A DNA stretch of 61,451 nucleotides from an uncultured Acetobacteraceae bacterium. GTDB lineage: Bacteria; Pseudomonadota; Alphaproteobacteria; Acetobacterales; Acetobacteraceae. The notes under the pieces are model-generated. The model made no database searches, was not told where the DNA came from, and was given only the letters and a program-made list of their open reading frames with translations. Positions 34,453-44,522 of the stretch are shown here, one piece after another (the first letter of the stretch is position 1; each line of letters starts with the position of its first letter). The translations under genes were made by a program, and so were the position numbers. Location of the stretch: NCBI GenBank assembly GCA_903900905.1, contig CAIUPC010000584.1:1-61451 (forward strand), read 5' to 3'.

Positions 34453-35477
34453 TGGCCGATCTGGCAGATGTCGAGAATGCGCTTGTGGCGGTGATCGCCA
34501 ACGCGCTGTTCGCGCAGAACCTTGTGACCGAGGGCGGCACGCTGATCGTCACGGAAGGCGGCGTGAGCCTGACGACGGAAGGCGGGGGCGGCACCGGCTA
34601 TCTGCCGGGCGCTTACACCACCAGCGGCGTGTACTGGGCGTGGCCGCCGATTGTCTCCGGGGCGCCCGGCACACCGGCTGCGGGCACCATCAAGCTGTAT
34701 CGCGGCTGGCCGGAAAGCGCGAACCTGATGACGGATCTGGCCGCAGGCCGGGCACATGTCAGCGTGTTCCCGGAAAGCGGCATGGCGCGCAATACCACCC
34801 GGTACGCCCCGGCTTGGGGTGCCACGACTGCGGTTGCCTCGACGCTGGCCGCCGTCGTCAGCGACCTGACCATCACATTCAGCGGCACGCCCGCCGTGGG
34901 CCAAACCATCGGCGTGCAGACCGGCAATCCGCTGACCGGTGTGGGTGCGCCGGGTTTCGGCACTGCGGCCTATGCCTACGCCGTGCAGGCGGGCGACACG
35001 CTGACCATCATCGCTGCGGCTGTGGCCGCGCTGATCGCGGGCGCTTCGGCCAGCGGGGGCGTGGTGACGATGCCGACGCGGCTCACCGTGGTGAACATCG
35101 GCATGGCGCAGACCGCCGCGCTGATCTCGCGCCAACAGCAACAGACATTTCGCGTTTCATGTTGGGCGCCGTCGCCTGCAGCCCGTGATGCTGTGGCGCA
35201 GGCGGTCGATCAGGCGCTCGCCGCCATCGAACTCGCCGGGCGCTTCACCACGCCTGACAATTCATCCTGCCGCCTCATGTTCGCCGGCGTGTTCGTGGAC
35301 GACAGGCCGAGCAAAGACCGCGTGTGGCGGCGGGACATGCGCTACTCGGTGGAATATCCGACGCTGATGATCCAAACGCAGGCCGAGATGTCGGCTGGCA
35401 TTCTGAACCTGACGCCAAGCGGGCCGACTGCGGCCACCAGCCCGGCGTATCCGCCCGCAATCCTGCTGCCCTACTAG
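34452..35477 (+). CDS. Tail completion/terminator protein
   Basis: MADLADVENAL...YRGWP...RRDMRYSVEYPT; upstream of the sheath. Confidence 0.55.
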   Translation: MADLADVENALVAVIANALFAQNLVTEGGTLIVTEGGVSLTTEGGGGTGYLPGAYTTSGVYWAWPPIVSGAPGTPAAGTIKLYRGWPESANLMTDLAAGRAHVSVFPESGMARNTTRYAPAWGATTAVASTLAAVVSDLTITFSGTPAVGQTIGVQTGNPLTGVGAPGFGTAAYAYAVQAGDTLTIIAAAVAALIAGASASGGVVTMPTRLTVVNIGMAQTAALISRQQQQTFRVSCWAPSPAARDAVAQAVDQALAAIELAGRFTTPDNSSCRLMFAGVFVDDRPSKDRVWRRDMRYSVEYPTLMIQTQAEMSAGILNLTPSGPTAATSPAYPPAILLPY

Positions 35478-35486
35478 GAGCCGTTC

Positions 35487-35648
35487 ATGGCAACTCATCT
35501 CGTGGTCAGCGAGCCGTTTGGCTCGCGCCAGCGTGGCGACACGATCACCGACCCCGCCGAAGTGGCGGCGCTGCTGGCCGCTCCCGAATCGGTGTTCGTG
35601 CGCCGGGTGGAAGCGCCCGACGCGCCGCCCGAGCAGCCCGCGCAGTAA
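35487..35648 (+). CDS. Small virion-module protein (53 aa, below the ORF-track cut-off)
   Basis: AGGAG RBS; MATHLVVSEPFGSRQRGDTITDPAEV... Confidence 0.55.
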   Translation: MATHLVVSEPFGSRQRGDTITDPAEVAALLAAPESVFVRRVEAPDAPPEQPAQ

Positions 35649-35681
35649 TCCCGCCCCACCTGACCGCCCGGAGACACCAGC

Positions 35682-37262
35682 ATGAGCATCGTCCAACAGG
35701 GCGCGCTGAACACCACCGCCCTTGTGGTGCCCGATCTGTATGTGCAGATCGTGGCCCCGCAAAACCTCGTGCTGAACGGCGTGCCCACGAACATTCTGGG
35801 CGTCGTCGGCTCCGCGCAATGGGGGCCGGTCGGCCAGCCGGTCATCGTGTCCAGCATGGCGGACTATGCGCGCAACTTCGGCGCGATCCAGAACCGCACC
35901 TATGACATGGGCACGCAGGTTGCCACCGCCGTCATGCAGGGTGCCAGCAACTTCCGCTGTGTGCGTGCCACGGACGGCACCGATGCGGCAGCAACGAGCT
36001 TGGTGCTGACCAACTGCATCACCTTCACAGCGGCCTATACCGGCACGCTGGGCAACAGCCTGACCGCCACCATCACCAACGGCACGAAGGCCAGCAGCTA
36101 CAAGTTGGTTCTCGGCCTGCCGGGCCAGGTGCCCGAGGTGTACGACAACCTGACCGGCGCTGGTAACGCGCTGTGGGTGGCAATGGCCGCCGCCGTGAAC
36201 GCCGGTAGCGGCGCGCTGCGCGGCCCGTCGCTGCTCTGCACCGCTGCGGCGGGCGCGGGCGTCACAGCACCGACCGGCATCCTCAACACCGCGCAGGCGT
36301 TCAGCGGTGGCAGCGATGGCGTGACCTCGATGACCGCTGCTGTCTGCATTGGCGTGGACACGATCCCGCGCAAGGGCATGTATGCGCTGCGCGGGCAGGG
36401 CTGCACCATCGGCCTCATCTGCACGGCGGATGACTCCTACGCCAACAACTATGCGACGTGGACCACGCAGGCGACCTTCGGGCTGTCCGAAGGCATCTAC
36501 ATGATCACATGCGGGCCGAGCGGCGACAGCATTGCCACCGCCGTTGCCAACAAGGCCACCGCCGCGCTGGACAGCTACGCGGTCAAGCTGATGTTCGGCG
36601 ATTGGTGCTATTGGTCCGATCCGGTCAACGCCCTGATGCGTCTGGTCAGCCCGCAAGGCTTCGTGGCCGGGCGGCTGGCGAACCTGTCGCCGCAGAACTC
36701 GTCGCTCAACAAGCCGATTTATGGCATCGTGGACACGCAGAAATCCGGCCTGAACCCGGCGCAGAACACCGCCTATTCGACGGCGGAATTGACCACGCTG
36801 TTTCAAGCGGGCATCGACGTGATCTCCACCCCGCAGCCGGGCGGCTCGTACTACGGCTGCCGCCTCGGGCACAATTCCAGCAGCAATGCGGCGATCAACG
36901 GCGACAACTACACGCGCATGACCAACTACGTGGCCGCCACGATCAATGCGGGCATGGGCCTGTATGTCGGCCAGGTCATCAACTCGACGCTGTTCCAGCG
37001 CATCCGCAGCACGCTGCTGGGCTTTTTCCAGAACTTGTTTCAGCAGGGCTTGCTCGGCTCGCTGGATGGCACGTCGCTGCCGTTCTCGGTGGTCTGCGAC
37101 ACCAGCAACAACCCGTTCAGCCGCACGTCGCTCGGCTACGTGCAGGCCGACTGCCAAGTGCAGTATCAGGCCATCAACGAGAAGTTCCTCGTGAACATCG
37201 AGGGCGGCCAGACGGTCAACGTGCTGAAGCAGACGACCAGCAGCGGCCAGACCACGGCCTAA
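35682..37262 (+). CDS. Contractile tail sheath protein
   Basis: VPDLYVQI...GVVGSAQWGPVGQP...SPQGFVAG...SSLNKP...VVCDTSNN. Confidence 0.88.
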   Translation: MSIVQQGALNTTALVVPDLYVQIVAPQNLVLNGVPTNILGVVGSAQWGPVGQPVIVSSMADYARNFGAIQNRTYDMGTQVATAVMQGASNFRCVRATDGTDAAATSLVLTNCITFTAAYTGTLGNSLTATITNGTKASSYKLVLGLPGQVPEVYDNLTGAGNALWVAMAAAVNAGSGALRGPSLLCTAAAGAGVTAPTGILNTAQAFSGGSDGVTSMTAAVCIGVDTIPRKGMYALRGQGCTIGLICTADDSYANNYATWTTQATFGLSEGIYMITCGPSGDSIATAVANKATAALDSYAVKLMFGDWCYWSDPVNALMRLVSPQGFVAGRLANLSPQNSSLNKPIYGIVDTQKSGLNPAQNTAYSTAELTTLFQAGIDVISTPQPGGSYYGCRLGHNSSSNAAINGDNYTRMTNYVAATINAGMGLYVGQVINSTLFQRIRSTLLGFFQNLFQQGLLGSLDGTSLPFSVVCDTSNNPFSRTSLGYVQADCQVQYQAINEKFLVNIEGGQTVNVLKQTTSSGQTTA

Positions 37263-37292
37263 ACCTGACCCCTCACGCCCGGAGTTCTGCCA

Positions 37293-37742
37293 ATGCCTCT
37301 AGTCCAATCCACCGGGTCTTACTCGGTCGGTCGCGATTGTCAGGTGGTGCTCATGCACCCGCTTGCGCCGGGTGGCCGCGTGGACCTTCCCAACGTGACC
37401 GGATTCATGGCGAATCAGGTGACGGTCAACGTGAAATCCGACCGGCTGGACGGCGTGCAACTGGCCGCCGAACTGCCGAAAGGCTGGGCCGGCGAGTTCG
37501 ATGCGGATCGCGGCAATAATGGGCTGGACGTGCTGTTCGCCGCAATCGAAGCCGCGTGGTATTCGACCGGCAACACGCCAACGGCCATAATTTTCCAGTA
37601 TGTGCTTGAGCCGGATGGCAGCACGACGACCTTCCAGTACACGCAGGCGTCGCTGAAACTGTCGGCGGCCGGGCATTGGCAGGGTGATCAGATCGTCAAG
37701 CAGAAAATCTCGTTCGAGGCGTGGCGGCGCAACAAGGTATGA
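37293..37742 (+). CDS. Tail tube protein
   Basis: 149-aa beta-rich ORF right after the sheath. Confidence 0.75.
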   Translation: MPLVQSTGSYSVGRDCQVVLMHPLAPGGRVDLPNVTGFMANQVTVNVKSDRLDGVQLAAELPKGWAGEFDADRGNNGLDVLFAAIEAAWYSTGNTPTAIIFQYVLEPDGSTTTFQYTQASLKLSAAGHWQGDQIVKQKISFEAWRRNKV

Positions 37743-38047
37743 GCGGTGAGCCTTTGACCGCCACCGATGCGGCCGGGCGCAAGTTCACACTGCGCACGCT
37801 GGACCCGTCCGACATGCTTGACCTGATCGAAGCGGCGGGCGCTGGCGTCACATCCGAATGGCTGCGGTTCGCGCAAGCAATCGTCAGCGTGTCGGAGATC
37901 GACGGCGTGCCGGTGCCGATGCCCAACACCAAGAACGCCATCCGCGCGCTGGCAAAGCGCGTTGGCAATGACGGGCTTATCGCCATCTACGAGGCAATGC
38001 GGCCCGCCGAAGTGCCGGATAGCGTCGCGGCCACGGCGGGAAACTGA
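37739..38047 (+). CDS. Tail assembly chaperone (gpG-like)
   Basis: TDAAGRKFTLRTL motif; ends in the slippery sequence G GGA AAC TGA. Confidence 0.75.
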   Translation: MSGEPLTATDAAGRKFTLRTLDPSDMLDLIEAAGAGVTSEWLRFAQAIVSVSEIDGVPVPMPNTKNAIRALAKRVGNDGLIAIYEAMRPAEVPDSVAATAGN

Positions 38048-38220
38048 GCCGGGCACCCGGCTTGCGGGATGCGCTGTATCTCGTGAGCAAAGGGGTGCCC
38101 TACCGCGAGGCGATGCGAATGTCTCCCGCCCGCCGCATGGCCTACTCGGTGATCTTTGGCGAACTCGACGGCGGCTCGTTCGATTGGTCCACACTTCGCT
38201 GGCGGGATGTCAAATCATGA
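38038..38220 (+). CDS. -1 frameshift extension of the tail chaperone (gpGT-like)
   Basis: GGGAAAC at 38038-38044; the -1 frame reads KLSRAPGLRDALYLVSKGVPY...GELDGGSFDWSTLRW to TGA at 38220. Confidence 0.7.
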   Translation, partial: GKLSRAPGLRDALYLVSKGVPYREAMRMSPARRMAYSVIFGELDGGSFDWSTLRWRDVKS

Positions 38221-38741
38221 GGCGCTTTGACGATCCGGCGCAATTCCTGCGCTTCATGCAGGGGATGCCGCAGCGGCTACGCACCGCCGCCCATGCCGGG
38301 CTGACGGACGGCGCGCGGATCATCCAGCACGAAGCCACGGCCGAGATCGGGCACTACCAGGGCGAAGCCGGGCCGTTCCCGGCGTGGGAAGAACTCGACA
38401 AAGACACCAAGGCGCAGCGCGTTGCGCTGGGCTTCACCGAGAACGACCCGCTGCTGCGCACGGGCGCTCTACGCGATCACATCGACATGACGGCGGGCGC
38501 CGAAAAGGCTACAATCGGCGTTCCCCATGAGGTCGTCGGCGATGGCTCGAAGGCAAACCCGATCCGGGACATTGGCGACGTTGCGACGTATCTCGAACTT
38601 GGCACATCGCACATGCCACCCCGGTCATTCCTCGGCGGCGCTGCCGTTCGCAAGACCTCGCAGGCGGTCGATGCAGCGGCAGGGGCCGTTGCAGCGGCTC
38701 TTGCTGGCTTGCCTCCGAGGCGCACTCCCGGCGCACGTTAA
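38217..38741 (+). CDS. Virion morphogenesis protein (HK97 gp10-like)
   Basis: PLLRTGALRDHI...YLELGTSHMPPRSFLG. Confidence 0.7.
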   Translation: MRRFDDPAQFLRFMQGMPQRLRTAAHAGLTDGARIIQHEATAEIGHYQGEAGPFPAWEELDKDTKAQRVALGFTENDPLLRTGALRDHIDMTAGAEKATIGVPHEVVGDGSKANPIRDIGDVATYLELGTSHMPPRSFLGGAAVRKTSQAVDAAAGAVAAALAGLPPRRTPGAR

Positions 38742-38797
38742 TTCGGTGCTGTGGCTACTGTCGGCGCTGTTCCGCGTTCGCTGACCGAGTGCGCGGC

Positions 38798-39211
38798 CTA
38801 CAGTTCGCCGGCGGCGATCTTGCCCAGCACAGGCAGCAACCCCGGCGCGGCATCGGCGCACCATTGCGGGGTGACGTGCTTGCCTTGCGCGCTGGCTTGA
38901 TCGACAGCGGAGAACGCCCGCCAGAGTGACGCGGCGTGCATCCGGCGATCATCGTCGGTGCTGGTTTCGCGCGGCCAGAGCCGATTGGCGATGGCGGCGA
39001 TCTTGGTTTCCAGTTGCGCGTTGACCTGCCGCGCCCATTCGGGCGCTTCCAGCCCGCAAGTCACCAGCCCCGCCGCGGGCTCCGCCATGTCGGCCAGCCT
39101 ATGTGCTTGCGCCGCAAAGAGTTCCGCCCGGTTATCGGCCTGTGCGCGGGCAGGACATGCGACGGCGCACGACAGCGCCGCGCACACAGCGATCAGTTTG
39201 AGCATTCGCAT
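38798..39211 (-). CDS. Exported protein (moron) with a signal peptide
   Basis: MRMLKLIAVCAALSCAVACPARA-Q; antisense within the tail operon. Confidence 0.55.
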   Translation of the reverse strand: MRMLKLIAVCAALSCAVACPARAQADNRAELFAAQAHRLADMAEPAAGLVTCGLEAPEWARQVNAQLETKIAAIANRLWPRETSTDDDRRMHAASLWRAFSAVDQASAQGKHVTPQWCADAAPGLLPVLGKIAAGEL

Positions 39212-39285
39212 CTCCGTTTCGCGCGCGACGCTAGACGCGCTCACCGCCGGAAAGCAACGACGATCAGCACCGCAGGACGGCCCCG

Positions 39286-41358
39286 ATGATTCAAGCCTAC
39301 GCCATCGGCGTCGATCTGGTCATGGACCCGCGCAAGGTGCTCGGCCCGCTCGGTCAGGTGCTGGACGGCTTCGAGCGGCTGATGAAGGCGCAGCGCGATG
39401 CGCAAGCCGGTCTGAATGAGTTCGCGGCTGGCATTCGGGCGGCAGCGAAGGCAACCGACTCACTGGCGCAGGCGTGGCGCAACGTGGCGTCTGCAACGCA
39501 GGCGGCGGCAGCGGCGGCAAAGGCAAGCGCCGCTGCGGCTGCGGCCGCATCTGGTGCACCGGCCGCAGCAGGCCCGCGCGTGTCGTCCGGTCCGCGCCTT
39601 GCGCTGATGCCCGCGCCGTTGCTGCTGGCCGCACCGCCTTCTGGTGGCGGCATGACCGTCACTGGCGGCGGGTTTTTTGGCGGTGGCGGGGGCGGTGGCG
39701 GCACGGGCATCGGACGGTGGGGAACGCCGGTCTGGCCGAACGGCGCGGGCGGTGGCGGTGGCCCCGGCCTTGTGCCGTTTGGCGGTGGCGGTGGCGGTGG
39801 TTTCGGAATGCCGCCGCTGACCGTGCCCCCGCTTGGCGGTGGCGGCGGTGCCGGTGGCGGCTTGAGCATGGCTAGCCTGTCGCGTGCGTGGTACGGCATC
39901 GAATTGCTGGATCAGGTAATCACCTCGCTTGGCCGTCTCGTCGAGGCGGGCGCCGGGTTCAATGACCAATTGGCCCGCCTGCAGCAGCGCGGCGTGACCA
40001 GCGCGCAGATCGGCGGCGTCGAGTCCGCGGTGTTCTCTGCCGCCCAAAACGTGCCCGGCGTCAGTCTGGAAAAAGCAACCCGCGATGTCGGCGCATTGCG
40101 CGCCGTGCTGGGCCTGTCGGCCGACAACAATGGGCCGGACGCGCTGAACATCGTCAACGGGCAGTTGCAGCACTACGAAATGGTGTCCGCCGCGCTGGCG
40201 GCATCTACCGGCACGTCGTCTGAAGCGGCGATGGACATGCTGAGCCGGGCGGTTGAAGTCACGGGCGGCGCGATGGACCCCAAGACGGGCAAATTGTCTG
40301 CGCCACGATTCTCAGCAGCATTGGACGCGGCCTATCGCGCGCTGATGGTCGTCGCACCCGTGGGCAAGGCGAATGACCTGTTGCGGCTGGCGCAGCAAGG
40401 GTCGCTGATCGCCAAGACAATGGACCCGGCAGACTTCTTCGCCATGATGCAGGCGGCGGTGTTGGATCAAGGCGGCAGCCGGTCTGGCACGTCGCTGCAA
40501 GCCATTGGCCGCGCTTGGTATGGCGGCGTCGTCAGCAAGAAAGTCGCGCAGGAGATGGAGCGCGTGGGCATGGTGCCCGAAGGCTCGTACGAAGTGACGG
40601 GCGGCGCGAACGGTGGCCGGTTGAGCAAGAACGCCATCAACCACCTCGACGAGCAGATTGCGGCGGCGGGCGGCGTGTTCGGTTATGTGGACAAGGTGCT
40701 GCGCCCGCTGCTCGAAGCGAAAGGCATCACATCTCCCGACGCACAGACCAAGGAAATCTTCACGCTGCTGCCCACCGATACCGCTCGCCGCCTCGTCTCG
40801 CTGTTCTTGGAGCAGGCGGATCAGGTGACGAAGGAAATCGTGCTGAACAAAAATGTGCCGTCGCCGGAAGCGGCGCTGGCAATCGCTGGCAAGTCCAACA
40901 TCATGTTCAACTTGCAGGCAATGGAAACTTCATTCACCAACTTCTTGGAGACGGTCGAGAAGGTGAATGCGCCGGTGGTCATCGACGTGCTCAATCATGT
41001 GCGCGAGTTCTTCGATTTCTGGTCTAAGGTTGTCGAGAAGGACATCGGCGGGATGCCCAAAGGCGCGCCGGGCGGCGCATACAGCTACACGGTGCCGGGC
41101 ATCATGGAGCGGATGCTCAAGACGTTCGGCATTGACCTTGGCACCGGCACATCAACGGCGCCCGAGTCCAACATTCACCGCGAATCGTTCAGGCCGGGCG
41201 GCAGCGGCGGCGCGGTCCATCTGCGCGGCGACATCATCATGGACGGCAAGAAAGTCGGCAGCGTGATCGCGGCCAGCATGGCGGGTGCATTCAGCGCCGC
41301 GCCGCGTGGCGCTGCATCGTTCGATGGCCGCACGCTTCCGGCGCTGCAAGCCACATGA
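39286..41358 (+). CDS. Tape measure protein
   Basis: 690 aa, MIQAYAIGVDL start, helical Ala-rich with a Gly-rich segment; between chaperones and baseplate genes. Confidence 0.75.
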   Translation: MIQAYAIGVDLVMDPRKVLGPLGQVLDGFERLMKAQRDAQAGLNEFAAGIRAAAKATDSLAQAWRNVASATQAAAAAAKASAAAAAAASGAPAAAGPRVSSGPRLALMPAPLLLAAPPSGGGMTVTGGGFFGGGGGGGGTGIGRWGTPVWPNGAGGGGGPGLVPFGGGGGGGFGMPPLTVPPLGGGGGAGGGLSMASLSRAWYGIELLDQVITSLGRLVEAGAGFNDQLARLQQRGVTSAQIGGVESAVFSAAQNVPGVSLEKATRDVGALRAVLGLSADNNGPDALNIVNGQLQHYEMVSAALAASTGTSSEAAMDMLSRAVEVTGGAMDPKTGKLSAPRFSAALDAAYRALMVVAPVGKANDLLRLAQQGSLIAKTMDPADFFAMMQAAVLDQGGSRSGTSLQAIGRAWYGGVVSKKVAQEMERVGMVPEGSYEVTGGANGGRLSKNAINHLDEQIAAAGGVFGYVDKVLRPLLEAKGITSPDAQTKEIFTLLPTDTARRLVSLFLEQADQVTKEIVLNKNVPSPEAALAIAGKSNIMFNLQAMETSFTNFLETVEKVNAPVVIDVLNHVREFFDFWSKVVEKDIGGMPKGAPGGAYSYTVPGIMERMLKTFGIDLGTGTSTAPESNIHRESFRPGGSGGAVHLRGDIIMDGKKVGSVIAASMAGAFSAAPRGAASFDGRTLPALQAT

Positions 41359-42221
41359 GCGAGTCTCTCTCGGTCGTCCAGGCCACGAACCAGATCACAG
41401 GCGCGACCGGCACGCTCAACAGCGGCGTCTCGGGTGCGCTGTCTGCGGTGGGTGCCATTTTGTTCGGCGGCGGTGGCCCGGTCGTGCTGGGCAGCGTGGC
41501 GTTCGACGGGTTCGAGGTTCCCAGCACAATCGGGTGGGGCGGCGCGCAACGGCTGACGGTTCACAAATACCCCGGCGGCGCACGCACAATCGACGCGATG
41601 GGGCCGGATGACCGGGATCTGTCGTGGTCCGGCATCTTCCTCGGCTTCGATGCGGTCAGCCGGGCGCGGGCGGTCGATGCCATCCGCATCGCGGGCGTGG
41701 CCGTGCCGCTGGTCTGGGCTGACTTCGCCTATACCGTGGTCGTGCAGACGTTCGAGGCGGACTACCGCGAGCAAGGCCATGTGCCTTACCGGCTGTCGTG
41801 CGTCGTGCTGGTCAACACCACCACGCAGCAAGACCCCGCGCAGGTTGACCCGGCGCAGGCGGTGGCGTCGGACGTGTTCTCCGCGCTCGGCCTGACCACG
41901 GACAGCAGCACCATCAGCGCACTCACATCGGCGGCTTCGGCTGTGTCTGCGGCCATCCCGACCGGCTTGATCCTCGGCAGCAGCACATACACCGCCGCCA
42001 ACGTGTCGCTGCGCTCGGCGCTGTCCGTTTGCGGCAGCACGCAATCGGCGGCGGATGCGGTGTTGCTGGCACAGTCCGTGGCGGCATCCGGTACAGGCCT
42101 GATAAGCGGCTCGGGCGGGCTGACGCTGGCGCTCGCGGCGGCGCAGACCAGCGCGCAGCAGGTGGCGGCCTTGGGCTACATCGGGCGGGCCGTGGCGAAC
42201 GCAACCATAGGGGCGTCCTGA
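41355..42221 (+). CDS. Tail tube initiator/baseplate protein
   Basis: FEVPSTIGWGGAQRLTVHKYPGGAR.IDAMG; follows the tape measure gene. Confidence 0.65.
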   Translation: MSESLSVVQATNQITGATGTLNSGVSGALSAVGAILFGGGGPVVLGSVAFDGFEVPSTIGWGGAQRLTVHKYPGGARTIDAMGPDDRDLSWSGIFLGFDAVSRARAVDAIRIAGVAVPLVWADFAYTVVVQTFEADYREQGHVPYRLSCVVLVNTTTQQDPAQVDPAQAVASDVFSALGLTTDSSTISALTSAASAVSAAIPTGLILGSSTYTAANVSLRSALSVCGSTQSAADAVLLAQSVAASGTGLISGSGGLTLALAAAQTSAQQVAALGYIGRAVANATIGAS

Positions 42222-42424
42222 TGGCGGTCGTCGCCTATCCCAGCATCACCGTCGTCGGCGGCGACCTGTTCCACCTCGCCGCGCGCTATCTGGGCGACGC
42301 CACGCAGGCGGTCCGCATCGCGCAACTCAACGGGCTGACTGATTTCTACCTGACCGGCACGAACACCATCCTGCTGCCGCCGGTCAACGCGGCGTTTACG
42401 GGCGGCGTTCCCTCGCAGACATGA
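42221..42424 (+). CDS. LysM/tail-X-like baseplate protein
   Basis: GDLFHLAARYLGDATQAVRIAQLNGL. Confidence 0.7.
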   Translation: MAVVAYPSITVVGGDLFHLAARYLGDATQAVRIAQLNGLTDFYLTGTNTILLPPVNAAFTGGVPSQT

Positions 42425-43545
42425 CGCAGACACTCAACGCGCTGACGATCCAGCCCACGGCGCGCTTGCCGCGCCTGCGCGTGCTGGTCAACGGCACCGC
42501 ATCGCCCGCCGCCGTCTCGTTCAGCGTCACGAATAACAACTGGTATCAGTCGGACACGTTCGAGGTCACGTTCGCGGACAATGCCGACCCGGCGCTATCG
42601 GCGTCGTGGTGGGCGGATCAGCAGATTGTGCAACTCGACGTGCGCGCCAGCCTCGACGGTGGGAAAAGCTGGACCAGCCTGATTGTCGGCAACGTCGATG
42701 ACATCCAATGGTCGCCCGACACGCACCTGATCCGCGCGACGGGCCGCGATCTGTCCTCGCTGCTAATCGAGGCACCGACCAAAGAGCAATTCGTCAATCA
42801 GACCGCCAGCCAGGTTGCAACCACGTTGGCCGGGCGGCATGGCCTCACGCCGGTTGTCACCGCCACCACGGCGCAGATTGGCCGGTATTTCGAGATTGAC
42901 CACGATCACACCACACTCGGGCGCGGGCATTACACGACGACCGAATGGGATCTGTTGACCTTTCTCGCCAAGGTGGAAGGCTTCGACTGCTACGTGTCCG
43001 GGCAATCGCTGTATTTTCAGCCACCCACGGCCACCAGTGCGCTGCCCTATGCCGTGGCGGTGGTGTTGTCGCCGTCCTATTCGGCCAACGTCACCTCGCT
43101 GGAATTGCAGCACCACAAGACGCTGGCGCGGGCGATCACCGTCGAAGTGCGCAGCTTCACCTCCAAAACCGGCAAGACGGTCACGGCCACGGCCACCAGC
43201 GGCGGCACCGGGGCGGCCAACAAATACGACGACGCGACCCGCACGCAGGTCTATCGCTACATTTTCCCGAACCTGTCGCAGCAGATGGCGCAGCAGCGGG
43301 CCACGGCGTTGCTCACGCAACTCAAGCAGCACGAGCGCAGCCTGACCTTCTCCGCGCCGGGCGATCTGACGCTGACGCCGCGCTCGGTGGTGCAGTTGAG
43401 CGGCACCGGCACGGCGTTTGACCAGACCTACTATGCCGACGCAGTGACCCGCGAAATGTCCTTCGACGGCGCTTTCATGATGCAGGTCGGGGCCAAGAAT
43501 CGCGATCAGCGCGGCCAGGTATCCGCCAGCGGGGCGCAGTCATGA
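42421..43545 (+). CDS. Baseplate hub (late control D/gp27-like)
   Basis: GRDLSSLLI...TEWDLLTFLA..EGF...PGDLTLTP. Confidence 0.75.
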   Translation: MTQTLNALTIQPTARLPRLRVLVNGTASPAAVSFSVTNNNWYQSDTFEVTFADNADPALSASWWADQQIVQLDVRASLDGGKSWTSLIVGNVDDIQWSPDTHLIRATGRDLSSLLIEAPTKEQFVNQTASQVATTLAGRHGLTPVVTATTAQIGRYFEIDHDHTTLGRGHYTTTEWDLLTFLAKVEGFDCYVSGQSLYFQPPTATSALPYAVAVVLSPSYSANVTSLELQHHKTLARAITVEVRSFTSKTGKTVTATATSGGTGAANKYDDATRTQVYRYIFPNLSQQMAQQRATALLTQLKQHERSLTFSAPGDLTLTPRSVVQLSGTGTAFDQTYYADAVTREMSFDGAFMMQVGAKNRDQRGQVSASGAQS

Positions 43546-44153
43546 GTTTTGACCGCATGATGAACGCGCTCAAGCGCCACATCGGCGCGGCCATTGACGA
43601 CATCCCGCAACCGCGCTGGGGCGTAGTTCAATCGGTGGACCCGAACCGGCCTGCCGTGAAGGTGCTGTTTCAGCCCGAGGGCGTGCTGTCCGGCTGGCTG
43701 CCGGTGGCGCAGCCGAGTGCGGCCAGTGGCGTCACGGTGTTGCCGCCGATCATGCCGGGCGCGCTGGCGTTCTGTGTGCCCGAGGCGGGCGCTCGGGGCG
43801 CTGACTATGTGGTGACGGGCTTCGCGCACAGCGATGCTGCGCCGCCGCCTGCCATCCCATACCAGAACGGCACAGGCGGCACGCCGTCCACCAACACATC
43901 ATCGTGGCAGGCGTCCGAGTGGGTCATCGTCGCCAACGGTTCCACCGTGCGGCTTCGGCCCAATGGCAACATCTTCCTGCAACCGGCCAGCGGCCTTGTG
44001 CAGATCGACGGATCGCTGGCGTGCAATGGCGACGTGTCCGACCGCCACGGCTCGCTTGATCGGCTGCGGGGCAACTACGACGCGCACACGCACGGCGGCG
44101 TGGTGCCGGGTGGCAGCAGCACCGGCACAACCTCCAACCCCGACCCGGAGTAG
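43542..44153 (+). CDS. Baseplate central spike (gpV-like)
   Basis: OB-fold GVVQSVDP...SGWLPV and C-terminal HTHGGV iron-binding motif. Confidence 0.85.
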   Translation: MSFDRMMNALKRHIGAAIDDIPQPRWGVVQSVDPNRPAVKVLFQPEGVLSGWLPVAQPSAASGVTVLPPIMPGALAFCVPEAGARGADYVVTGFAHSDAAPPPAIPYQNGTGGTPSTNTSSWQASEWVIVANGSTVRLRPNGNIFLQPASGLVQIDGSLACNGDVSDRHGSLDRLRGNYDAHTHGGVVPGGSSTGTTSNPDPE

Positions 44154-44156
44154 CGC

Positions 44157-44522
44157 ATGACCGACATCGCGCAATGGTTCGGCAATGATTTGTCAGTTGG
44201 CCCGTCCGGTGATCTGGCCGTGGCAACCGGCTCGTTCGAGGTCAAGCAGCGCATTTTGCGCGCTCTGATGACCGTGCCGGGCGATTACATCTGGTATCTC
44301 GGCTTCGGGGCTGGGCTGCCTGCAATGGTGGGCCAGCCTGCCAATCCGCAGCGCACGGCGGCGATCATCCGCGCGCAAGTGCTGGCCGATCCCGGCGTTG
44401 CCATGTCGCCACCGCCTCGCGTGGCGGTGTCTGCCACGTCAGATGGCGTGGTCACGGCCAACATCACCTATTCCGACGCCACGACTGGCGCTGTGCAAAC
44501 CCTGTCCGCTCCGGTGTTCTGA
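44157..44522 (+). CDS. Baseplate wedge protein (gpW/gp25-like)
   Basis: GDLAVATG...QRILRALMT.PGDYIW...FGAGL. Confidence 0.75.
   Translation: MTDIAQWFGNDLSVGPSGDLAVATGSFEVKQRILRALMTVPGDYIWYLGFGAGLPAMVGQPANPQRTAAIIRAQVLADPGVAMSPPPRVAVSATSDGVVTANITYSDATTGAVQTLSAPVF

Noticed and set aside
27632-37157. Long antisense ORFs (e.g. 27632-29380, 30884-33424, 35262-37157)
   Set aside because: Shadow ORFs of GC-rich structural genes, with Arg/Gly/His-rich composition and no motifs.
39640-39870. GGCGGT repeats as a functional DNA repeat (also 52250-53100)
   Set aside because: Explained by poly-Gly coding in the tape measure and Gly-rich fibre proteins.
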